A program made the position numbers and the translations under genes. The notes beneath the pieces are model-generated. The model was not told the DNA's origin. It did no database searches and saw nothing but the letters and a program-made list of their open reading frames with translations. From Eledone cirrhosa (taxonomy: Eukaryota), in assembly GCA_964016885.1 (NCBI GenBank), contig OZ024740.1:287432001-287496000 (forward strand): a stretch of DNA of 64,000 nt, written 5' to 3'. Below are positions 12,158-23,717 of this stretch, piece by piece. How positions within the stretch are numbered: position 1 is the stretch's first letter; each line of letters starts with the position of its first letter.

Positions 12158-12980
12158 TTCTAACCTGTATACCATGTAAGCAACAATTAGTGTTGCGGAT
12201 AGGGCAATTGGCTAGGGTGCATCTGTCATCTTCGCTGGGGGGTTGTATTGTGGATAGGCATCTCCGCATGGAAGGTTCCAAGTGAGCCAGTCTGATATTG
12301 AGGCCCTCTCTCTTGATGGCTTTGCATATGGTGTTGGTAGTCTCTTCGCTGAGGTGTGGGATCTTGAGGAAGCAACTATTGTCTGTGTTGGTCCAGTCTC
12401 TGGGTCTGGGGTTTCCCTGTTGGGTGGAGAAGGAAGCTGGGTAGCTATTGGTCTTTAATACCCTGTGGAACAGTCTGAAATAGGAGGCTCTATTGGTAAT
12501 GTTGCTGAATCAATTGCATATACGAGCAATTTCATTAGAAATGTACTCTCTTTTAGAGCTGTTGGGGAGGGCACATTTGTAGCGGACAGAAAGGTCCCTG
12601 CTGGCCGCTTTGCATTAGAAATTGGTGTGGATTTCATCTCTTTCAGTGATATCCAGTCTGAGATCAAGCAGGGTGAAGGACCTGGAATCAGTAGGATATT
12701 CCTTGTTGAACTTGATGTTTCTGTCAGTGTTGTTGAAAGACTCGAATATCCTGTTGGCATTCTCCCTGGAGGATGTGAGGATGAGTATATCATCCACATA
12801 TCTAGTGAAGAAAGTGGAGGTGTCGCAGGAGCTGAGTACTCGGCGTTCAAGTCTGTTCATGTAAGAGATGGCCAGTAAACTCGAAAGGCTGGATCCCATG
12901 GGTAGTCCAGAAGTCTGTTGGTAGGTGTGGCCCAGGAAAATAAAAAAGGCATTGTTGACAATAGTAGATAGGGGCACAGA
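12158..12980 (-). mobile_element. Penelope-like element fragment (RT, thumb, linker, start of GIY-YIG)
   Basis: YQQTSGLPMGSSLS...RYVDDI...LLDLRL; then LKTNSYP, FLKIPHLSE, CTLANCPI, VYRLEC. Confidence 0.92.
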
Positions 12981-13444
12981 TGTCCAACAATATCACTGAT
13001 ATCAAAGGAAATTAGAGTTATTTTTTTGGTATTTAGGATGGTAACTTCTAATGCTCAGAATATACCCCCACACACTGAGAAAATTATCACAGCAGCTGTT
13101 TGGAATTAGACAGAACAAAACACAAATGATGAAGCAAAATAGGTTTGTCAATGCCCAGTGATGAAAAACAAGCAGGACAGAATGTGATCTTTAAATTACA
13201 TCAGACAATTAGCAGGAGAGAAACAAGAAAATAGAGCACTTAGTATCAACAGACATGAGAATGAGTACTCAATACCATAATAGAAATTAATATTTTCTTT
13301 ATTATGGCCAAGTTATGTTATAGTCCTATTACTCTGGAGTTTTACATGTATATACACAGGAGAAACTCAAGACCAATAGTACCCTAACTTGTCCTGTGTA
13401 ATGAAGCATCTATAACTGTCATAATGCAATTCTTGTTTACTTGC

Positions 13445-13552
13445 ATTGACTGAAGGAAAGCTTCTCGGATGCGCTTGACATTTTCTTCAGATATTCCAGG
13501 TTGTCTAGCTCCTTATACTCTACACTTCCAGTTTCCTTAAACTTCTTATATT
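13445..13552 (-). mobile_element. Tc1/mariner transposase HTH remnant (DUF4817-like)
   Basis: YKKFKETGSVEYK, frameshift, GARQPGISEENVKRIREAFLQS. Confidence 0.6.
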
Positions 13553-13906
13553 AAGCTCATATGGTTGTTCTTCATAGAAGAGTTCTATTTTAATTAATTC
13601 TAAACATTCATTAGACATGTGTGACTGATTTCGTCTGAATAGATCATTCAACATGATATACTTTCTCTTCTTGGATGGGCGCATGAATATGTGAAAAAAA
13701 AATCTTGTCAAAGTTGGTACCCAGGAAAAAATAAACTGATGAATGAAAAAACTTCATACAGAAAAAAAAATTAAGTTTCTCTAAAAAATATTACAAACAG
13801 GAACTTTAACACTTTGTGATGATTGACTATTAATAACTGTCAGAAGTTGTACAGATAAATTTTGGGCATATATATATATATGTGTATGTGTATGTATATA
13901 TACACA

Positions 13907-13976
<70 letters not shown>

Positions 13977-13993
13977 TATGTGTATATATACAT

Positions 13994-14026
<33 letters not shown>

Positions 14027-16145
14027 CACACACACACATATACACATACATATACATATAGGACATAAGCAGAATGTTACTAAATTGATACTTGTAGTAT
14101 CAATTACTTTGGAATTTGATTCAAGCAAACAGTTTACAAGAAGTAAAGTCTTGAAATAGGTGATGTTATGTACTTTAAATCTAAACAGAACTATCCTTGT
14201 CTCATTTAGACACAATTAAATATCAGTAGTCACATTGGAGCTATTTTTACGAGTTGTGGCGAATGGTAATTAGTAAAAGATTATTCAAAACAATTTATAG
14301 AGCATATCATAGACATGAATGAAAGTGTTTTCCTGCTCAGAACAACATTACTTAGATTACATCTGAAGGACTTGACTACAGGTCTAGAAGCCGGAAGTTA
14401 ATGCTCTGTCTCCTTAAACAGGAAAAAATAGAATGAAATGCAGTTTTATATTGTAACTCAGTTCAACTTTGTTTTCTTACTAAATGCCTAAAAGTCTGAG
14501 GTTAGTTGTTGTTATAAATAAGATTATAATTTTCTTGGCTATTTAATCTCATCATTAGAATGTATTTTTATAATATTCATATCTGCACTACATTCCAATT
14601 AGTTTAATCTTAGATCATCACTGAGTGTTTCATTTCTGGATATCTGCCTAATCCCAGGCGATAGTCAAACTAAAGACATTTATTTCTAAACTAAAGGTAA
14701 TAATATTATTATCTATTAAGCCAGAAAGATATCTATTAACCACTAGGGTGGTGGATTGGTAGTATTGGGCAACATGCTTTGAGACATAGATTTATGGCAC
14801 TTTACATTCTGAGTTCAGATCCTGCTGAGGTCAGCTTTGCCTTTTATCCTAACAGGGGGGAGGGGCTGATAAAATAAATGCACTGGGGTCGATTTAATCG
14901 ACTTTCCTCTTCCCCCCAAAATGTTGGCCTTGTGCCGAAATCAGAAATCATTATCTATTAAACTACCGGAGTATATATTTTAGTGGCTAAGGATACTATT
15001 ACACTTGAGGTAGAAATAAAGATCTCTAGTTTGAATTCAGTCTGGAACTAAGTGCATATTCAGAAATAAGACACCAGGTAACAATCAGATTGAAATGAAG
15101 TATAGATGTAAATATTGTAACATACATGCTGAAGATAGTTTAATAGTCTAGAGTGTTGATATGTTAACTTTTAGAATAAGAATGATATGTCTAAATACAT
15201 TCCTTAAGATTAAGCTTTCACGCATGATAGTGTAGGAACCTGAGCAGATTGTTAAAACCAGTTGTAAAGACCAGACTGAGGTTGATGAACAGCTGTTTAG
15301 GTTAAGTGAAGACCATGATATATTTAGACAAGCAGGATATATCACATGGCAAATATATATCATATTTTTGTCAATTACAACAGTAAGGTGATAAGGGAGG
15401 GGGAATGATATAATGATCAATTGTAACATTAAAAAGGCTACCTGAATAGTTTAGTATCTTATGGTGCTGTAAGTTTAAATCTTTGAGTAATCTTTGCTAT
15501 TTTCAACTATTGTTCAGAGGACAATCACACAACTATCAATATCATACTTAATAGGTAAAGCAGTGAGGTAAGACCAGATCAGACTGCTGATGACCCAGTG
15601 AAGTTAGACTAGTCAAACAGGAAGTATCAAATAGTTATATTTGATTTTACAATATGTTCATAATAAATCATATACACAAATATACATTTTGTCAAGAGGC
15701 CTCTTTAGTTGTGTCAAGTGTACAACAATTTCCCCAGTGTTGGGGATTTACATGATAAACCAACACAAAACTCTGTAAAGTGGTTGGTGATGGGAAGGGC
15801 ATCCAGCCATAGAAAACCTGGCAAACAAGAGATCAAGAGGATACATTTGCTGTATCATAAAAATGTGGCAAACTCCCTAGAACTGGTTGCATGATAAAAT
15901 GCACTCAGTAGAGTGCAGGAATGTATGTAAGCAAGATGTGGGCCCTCAACCTGTCTAAGCACTTGGTAGAGTGTAGGAATGTATGTAAGCAAGATGTGAA
16001 CCCTTGGCCCATCTGAGAGGTCAGTAGCTCTGCTTGAGTATTGATTTGGTTTGTGACAACATGTCCAACCCTTGCTAGCAACTCACAGAATGAAAATAAT
16101 AATTTGCTATAAAGATTTTTTAAATTGCAAAATTATATATATATA

Positions 16146-17039
16146 CAGGGTGCGGATGATATTTGTTTGCAAGATTACTGTCTAGGAAAAAATAACACAG
16201 TAGTTTTAATTTTTAAGATTTATTTATCAAACTTGGGTCAGTTTGTCTTCATGACTTGTTCTTTCGATCTCGCTCGATAAACCCGCCATTGGCTTTGATG
16301 ACAGCCTCAAGGCGGCCTCGGAACCGGCTACAGGCCTTCGTCACTGTTCCCCGACTTAGGCCCCTAAAGGCACTTGTGATCCTGGCCTTCAAATCATCTT
16401 TCGTATTGCAGCTAGATCTGTTGGTGTCTCGTTCCACTGCGCCCCACACAAAGAAGTCGAGGGGGTTGCAGTCAGGCGAGCTGGGAGGCCAGATGTCAGG
16501 TGAAGTGTGGTCGACGAAGTTCTCTGACAGCCAGGCTTGGGTCTTTCGGCTGGTATGGCAGGGCGCTGAGTCTTGCTGCCACACGTACGGCCTACCTGCA
16601 GCTACCTGGTCGATCTAGGGCTTTACTACCTCACTCAGAACGCAGATAAAGCCATCGTTGTTCAGCTTGAGGCCCTCAGGGAAGAAGTGAAGTGGCATGA
16701 CATCACCTTGACTGCTGACGACACCTAAGACCAATGTTGTCGCTGGAAACTTTGCCTGCATGACTCTGGGCACGTCTTTGGATGAGACAGCGAGCCACCT
16801 GTTGTTCTGGGAGTTGATCTTCTGGTCTTATTTGTCCTCCCGGTGCGGATTCCAAGAACTCTGTGTCTCTTCCACAAATTTGGAGGTTCAAAATTATTCA
16901 TAATCAATTATTCTGAAAATAAATAATGGAAATATAGTCACTGTTTTTATGAAGACAAGAGTGACAACGGAAGTAAAAAAAATTTGCATAAAATTAGCAG
17001 TTGAAAATTGCAAACAAATAGCGTCCGCAGGTTTTTCTG
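16146..17039 (-). mobile_element. Tc1/mariner DD37D (maT-type) transposon, internally deleted
   Basis: TA flanks; imperfect TIRs CAG..TGCGGA(T/C)G(A/C)TATTTGTTTGCAA; NSQNNRW...WQQDSAPCH...WPPSSPDCNPLDF with 37 residues between the last two Asp; one in-frame stop; N-terminus missing. Confidence 0.92.
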
Positions 17040-17365
17040 TATATGCAAAATGTTAACAGAAGTAACAAAGCAAACAATACAGTACAATGAAGAAATATAT
17101 TAGTTTAACGCTTGATATAGTAGGAGAAGAGTCTTAAGGTTTCAGTCACCAGCCCTTTGCCAGAAGATAGAATGAGAAATAAAAGATGAAATAGAAAGAT
17201 AGATAGTGAGAAGAGGAAGGAACAGAAATATTTTTTTAGAAAAAACACATGTATTCAGTCAGCCTGCCTCAAGACAGGCTTGTTGTAAATATTTTATATA
17301 TAATTTTACAGTTCAAAAAATCTTAATCATTTATAATATTTATATATTTATAATATTTATATATT

Positions 17366-17655
17366 GGAGGCACATGGCTTAGTGGTTAGAGCATTGGCCT
17401 TGCAATCGAAAGGTTGTGAGATCAATTCTCAGACCAGGTGATGTGTTGTTTCCTTGAGCAAGGCACTTTATTTCACATTGCTCCAGTTTACTCAGCTGTA
17501 GAAATGAGATGATAGGGACTGGGGTCCATATCATTCCACTGCAAAGTGGTCGTGGTGGTGCCACGGCAAAAAAGCATCCAGCACTCACTGTAAATGAGGT
17601 TGGTGTTAGGAAGGGCATCCAGCAGGGAAAAAGCGGACGTGAAATGAATGAATGA
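17366..17655 (+). mobile_element. Composite SINE: tRNA head + CORE + Ceph module + RTE-B tail (also 40592-40890 -, 49446-49850 +, 61794-62110 +)
   Basis: A box TGGCTTAGTGG and B-box-like sequence; CORE-like body; GGAAGGGCATCCAGC; tail GCAGGGAAAAAGCGGACGT. Confidence 0.88.
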
Positions 17656-18229
17656 ATATATATATATGTAGGAGGTGAGTTTTATTGTAAACAAACTATT
17701 TACATATATTATGCACACATATTACATTACATAAAAACAAACTTAAACACTAACTAATTCCTCTAAATTCATAACTCATCCACTCTTCTACTTCTTTTCA
17801 CATTATATCCTTAATAACATTAATATTTTTATTTTAATAATACATATTAACAATTTCTTTTCCTCGCACATATTATTAAACCCTTCAATATACAAACCTT
17901 AATTTAATATTATTCTTAACCTCTTTTTCTCCTCATTAACTTTTAATTTCAAATTCTTTAAAATTATCTATTATCTTCCAACGGCTTTTTAACTTCTCTC
18001 TGTGAGACAATATATATTTTTCTCAGTTGTAAAGGCTATCTCTCTCTCTCTATCACCCATCTCTCCTCCTCTCTTATCCTTCCTTCTTATACTCCTCCCC
18101 CACCATTCTCTACTCCCATCTCCTCCTCTTTCTTACCCTTTCCACCCATCAATCTTAAATTATTTTTCATGTGTTGATTTAAAACTTCACTATTCACAAG
18201 TGTTTTTTAACCTTCATATCATGTATCCC

Positions 18230-18298
18230 TATTTTATCTTATGAAAATGCAGATATCATCTCATGATGATATATTTTTGAAATGCGCATAATAAAATA
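18230..18298 (+). ncRNA. Type I hammerhead with a core mutation (CUUAUGA)
   Basis: UAUUUUAU/AUAAAAUA 8-bp stem I; inner hairpin AUAUCAUC/GAUGAUAU; GAAA-UGCGCA-UA palindromic stem III. Confidence 0.7.
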
Positions 18299-18511
18299 CT
18301 TGGAACTCTTTTAACCATCTTTTGATCTTATATTATATATATATATATATATATATGCAAGCATGGAGAAGGGGGTGTAAAAACGATGATGATGATGATA
18401 ATGATATATATATATATACATATATGGTATGACACCCATTAAATGATCTGTTCAGATTTTTCTGCCTTAAGACATGCTTGCTTTCTCTCTCTCTCTCTCT
18501 CTATATATATA

Positions 18512-20275
18512 TCATCATCATCGTTTAACGCCCATCTTCCACGCTAGCATGGGTTTGGACGGGAATTTTCCCACTTGAGGCAAGATTGGTTGTCCTGCTC
18601 GTATAGGACTCTCTGGCGGGTTTTCTACGGCTGGATGCCCTTCCTAACACCAATCACGTTTACAGTGTGGACTGGGAGATTTTTACCGTGTTACCTACAC
18701 GGCCACATTACAGCGTGGACTGTGTGTTTTTTTGTCGTGACACCTACACAACCTCATTTATTTAGGACTGGATCTTGTGGTACCAACATAACTTTACATC
18801 GAAAGGGGTGGTGTGGATGGGTGGGGGTAGTGGGACGGGGGTGTATTTTGTTAAGAGGTGCCTACTGACTGTAGGTTTCGCTTTGTACTTAGGCAAGGCG
18901 GGTCTTCTGTATTACTGCGTTGCGCCAAAGATCTCGGTCCAGTGACATTGTCTTGGAGAGGTGTAAGTGTGTGAGGTTGGAATTTATCAAGTCGTCCTAG
19001 GTTTTTCTGGGTCTGCCTACTCCGTAGCTACCGTCTATTTTTATTGCCCTGCACTATACAGCTGTCGTCTTTCATGCGCATCACGTGACCATACTAACGT
19101 AGTCTTCTCTCGAGTAAACAGCATCTGATCCCTCTTATTCCTAATTTCTCACTTAGTTCATTTATGCTTTGCCGTTCATGTATATTACTATTACACATCC
19201 AACGGAGCATGCAAGCTTCATTCCTCTCCAGTCTGCGTATATCCTCTGCACACAATGCCCAAGTCTCACTGCCATGTAACATTGCTGTTTGTATGCAGGA
19301 ATCATACAGCCTGCCTTTCATTTTTAGAGAGAAAACTTTAGCGACCAATAGTGGTATAAGCTCTCTGAACTTTTTCCATCCCGTTCTGACTCTAGCTACT
19401 GTACTTTCAGAGCACCCTCCACCACTGCTGATTTTGTCACCCAGGTAACGGAAGGTGTCCACTATTTCTAGAGAACCATCTGTGCAATGGAATGAGCTAG
19501 TATTCTGTGGGCACTTGCTGCTACTTAGTGCACCTGAGCACCAGCCACATATAAAATCTATATTCTTAGTTAGCTTACCTGTGATCCCACTACATCTTTT
19601 ATGTACCCATACTTTGCATTTGGGACATAAAATGGAGTTTCTGCCTACTCCTTTCCTACACACTGAGCATGGCCATTTCCCAGATGGGATCAGTGCCCTA
19701 TTTTCCTTCCTACATACTAGCCTTAGACAGGTTAATTTTAAGGCCTTTTGATTCTAGGCCATGCTTCCATGTTTGGAATTTCTTCTCTAGTTCAGCCATT
19801 GATTCAGCTATGAGCGTTAGTTCATCTGCGTATAGGAGTTCCCATGGGCAGCCGGTCTTGAACTCCTCTGTTATAGCCTGAAGGGCAATAATAAATAGGA
19901 GGAGGCTAAGGACGGAGCCCTGATGAACACCAACTTTTACGCTAAACTCTTCACTATATTCCTTGTTAATTTTAACCTTGCTGACTGTTTCTTTATACAT
20001 GGCTTGTATAGCTCTCACAAGCCATTCATCAACACCTAGTTTTCTGAGAGCCCACCAGATAATGGAGTGGAGGACTCTGTCAAAGGCTTTCTCCAAGTCA
20101 ACAAAAGCTAAGTATAGGGGTTTACTTTTAGCTAGCTACTTCCCTGTAGTTGTCGTACAGTGAAAAGAGCGTCTGTGGTACTTTTACTTGACACAAACCC
20201 GAACTGCATTTCATCTAGATCAATTCGCTCTCTGATTAGTTGCGCTATTACTTTTTCTGTGACCTTCATGACCTG
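18512..20275 (-). mobile_element. 5'-truncated RTE LINE (family A-related) with Ceph-type 3' UTR
   Basis: ORFs 19710-20096 and 19094-19663 (EKAFD, QGSVLS, LYADE, PHD-like finger, LHGSETW); (GAT)n tail. Confidence 0.95.
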
Positions 20276-20973
20276 TAAATACATTCATGTTTAGTGGTTC
20301 ACCACTGGATAGAATTGGTCATTCCGTTTAGTTAACCATGATGTAATAACAGGGAGCGCATATATATATGCATAGATAGATAGATATACATGGTATGACT
20401 CCAATTAAACAATCTGTTCACATTTTTCTGCCTTAGGACATGCTTGCTGTAAATGTTTTATATATAATTTTACAGTTCAAAAGATCTTAAACATTTTACA
20501 TTATACCAAATTATTATTTATATTCTGAAGATTGCTCTAAGTCATAAATATAGTCAAATTTCAGAGTGATACTCAACTGCATTAGACAGTAATGGAGCAA
20601 CCTATCTGTTGGTGCTTGAGTGGCTACAAAATATCTGTAATCGTCATGTGATATGAGAGAAGATAATACAGTTAGTTAATCCAGTCAAATGTTTGTAAGT
20701 GCTAATTGACAATTGAATTTGTTCAGAATTTCTTTGATGTAATCAGTAACACTATCATACAGCATACACCACATATGTGCTTCGATTCTCATGGGAAGAT
20801 TTGTTAAATTTATTTTCTGTCTTTGGCTGTCCTTGTAAATGCCTTCTATAAAATTATATATATATATCTTTTTAATGTTCGCCTTATGCATAGAAGCTAA
20901 TTAATATGTGCATTTTTTTTAGTTTCAGAAGATCCCGTTAAGGGTGAAAACAGCGATTCTTTGCTTAAACTTT

Positions 20974-22060
20974 AGTAGGAGTGAAGCTTGTTGTCAGCCA
21001 AATAAACTGAGCCAAGCAAAATTATATTCCTTACCAAAGAATACAACATAATAGTAGAGCATCAAACAAAATATCTTCCTGTATTAAATCACATTCCACT
21101 AAGACTCACTTTCTATTTTGGCCTTTCTGGATATATATATATAAATAATAATAAATTTGTAGACTAAAATCCAAAGAGGGCTCGATAAGGATAAATATAT
21201 ATCAAATATATAAGAACCGTAGAGCAAATATTTATTAAAATAACCTTTAATCTGTTATTTTAATAAATATATATATATATCCAGGGGGTGAAACTTGGAG
21301 TTACTGCAGGTTCACCTGGGAGAGCACTCGATGTTTAGGTTCACTTCTGTGATGAGGTGTAGAGCTATACAGAGTGAATTATATTGAAAGGATAACAAGG
21401 ACGATTGGTTACTCCTTCATTACATTTATTGGTAGGTGATGCGCGTTTCGCCACTGATCAGCTCAAGGTTCGATCTGTATCGATCCTACCCGACTCAATG
21501 ATCGGTAGGATCGGTTGGCTCATACCTTTGATATTAAACACACAGATATGCAGATGTGGAATTCTTATGATCCAATTGTGGCTAGTGTATTGAGAACACT
21601 GAACAAATGTCATCAAAACTGACTTGTCTCAGTCCATACTAGCAATAATAGGAAGAGAATCCCAAAAGAGTTAAACTAATGAGTTTGGGTGATAGTAATC
21701 TTAGAATAAATTGTTTTGAATGCTATGCCATTTACATTTCAATTTTCCTATTACAGTTTACATTTATGTTCAATCCAAAAATGGATGTTTGAGGGGGTAG
21801 GGTTATGAAGGAGATAGTGACAAACTTGGAAGTTTGCATATTGTTGGCACGCTGATTTTTATAACTAAATGCACTTTTTATCATTAACAACTCAATTAAG
21901 AAGTAGGAGTGAAGCTTGTTGTCAGCCAAATAAACTGAGCCTAGCAAAATTATATTCCTTACCAAAGAATACAACATAATAGTAGAGCATCAAACAAAAT
22001 GTCTTACTGTATTAAATCACATTCCACTAAGACTCACTTTCTATTTTGGCCTTTCTGGAT
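20974..22060. repeat. 159-bp direct repeats, 20974-21132 and 21902-22060
   Basis: 3 mismatches by eye. Confidence 0.95.
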
Positions 22061-22721
22061 TGATCAAATAAGCATAAATGATGTGCTGTTGTCAATTAAC
22101 TTGTAAGACCTTGTAATGATTTAACAGAAAATATCCAAAAACATGTTTATTAATTCAAATATATATAGTACCTTAACTAGTAAACAGATCATTGTGAACA
22201 TTTGCAATAAATTAAAGACTTGAATATTTGATGTGATGTAGTCCTAGTGTTGTTTTGTACTTTATGGCTTCATGTGGTACAGGATGTTGAGAGTTATACT
22301 GACTAACTCCACCACCACCCTTCTAGTGTATGGCCATTTGCTTATGTTAGAAATGAATATTAGTAAGTTTTAAATTTATAACCTTCACTTCATAACTATT
22401 GTGCATTCATATGGTTGTAATATCATATATCTAGTGAAATACACGCAACAGATGGTTGGCATAATATACTGTCAAATGGCACAGTTTGAAAATGAAAAAG
22501 TTTTTCTAAGTTGAACATTTCCACAACAAACATAATACCAACAAAATTAATTCCACATGAAATCATACGACCAAGAAACAGGTTAACTAATTTTTAGGTC
22601 AAGATAGTGTTAACATATTTAATATGTGGAACATTAAAAAGCTAACTAGAAATAAATATGTGCCGAGAAAAAAAATTATATTATACTGTTCTTTCTTCCT
22701 TTTTCTGACAGGTATGGAAGA

Positions 22722-22770
22722 CATCATTTGACATGTTTCAGTTGTATTCTGACCTCATCAGCGAACTGTA
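22722..22770 (-). ncRNA. Minimal hammerhead motif with weak stem I
   Basis: CUGAUGA-GGU(CAGAAUACA)ACU-GAAA-CAUG-UC. Confidence 0.55.
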
Positions 22771-22889
22771 GCCTTCACTTACCAAAATAGTGATGAAACA
22801 AAACACCAAATGAATGTCGAAAATTGTAAATCTGCTTGTATAATAAAATGGAATTGTTTCAAAGTTGAATAATGCTGAAGTGATGATAT

Positions 22890-23085
22890 TATTGAATTGG
22901 CAGTATCGGTAGAGGGTTGCACGCCATGCTTTCCAGCATAGAGTTACGCCCCTTTATGGTCTGAGTTCAAATCCTGCCGAAGTTAACTTTGCCTTTCATC
23001 CTTACGGGGTCGATAAAATAAAGTACCAGTAATGCACTGGGATAATTGCTGGCCTTATGCCAATAGTAGAAACAATTATTATTAT
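22890..23085 (+). mobile_element. Second tRNA-derived SINE family (copies at 14745-14960, 33950-34062, 36135-36325, 39521-39710, 44430-44533, 57180-57487, 59667-59850, 60545-60838)
   Basis: TGGCAGTATCGGTAGAG...GAGTTCAAATCC (A/B boxes)...TTTGCCTTTCATCCTTACGGGGTCGATAAAATAAAGTACCAG...(ATT)n. Confidence 0.9.
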
Positions 23086-23717
23086 TAAGGAAATTATTTC
23101 TATCTTTCATCACAATATATACTGGTGACTACATCTTCCCATTAACTTGGGTTGAATCTAAAGCAATCTTCACAGCACCACACACAAGTCAATGAAGAAG
23201 TCACTTGATTACTTAATCTGCTTTAAATAACAGTCAAAACGCCCTTAAATCACAGTCTACTAACTTGAAAAAGGAAAGGACAGATTGGATAATGTAGTCT
23301 TACCCCTAAAACGACTGGACAATCTTGGATGGAATATCATAGGTCAACTTGATTAGGGCTCATCCAGAGAACAATTCACACTTATTTATGTCATATACTG
23401 AATCCAAATCTCTCCAATGTCAACTTTGTCTTTTGCCCTTTCAGTGTTGATAAATAATGTACCAGTAATGAGGTGCTGGATTAGCAAAATTATTAAAGAG
23501 TCATAGGGAATATTTTCACTATGTTTCGAATCTGTGCATTCTCAGTTCAAATTCCACCTTCTGTCATCCCTTTTTAGTGATGTTTCTGCAGGATTATGAG
23601 CAGCAGATAGTATCGACAATGGAAAGACCAATGGAAACATAGTTTCCTTGATTCAATCTGACAATTGACACCTTCCCATTTATTTTTTTTTCCTACTTAG
23701 CTTGACAATACATATAA

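Noticed and set aside
13736-13780. CUGAUGA-AUGAA/UUCAU motif
   Set aside because: GAAA is displaced and there is no stem III; A-rich context
23592-23670. Possible plus-strand exon DYEQQIVSTMERPMET*
   Set aside because: Matches the SINE body at 54795-54875 in reverse
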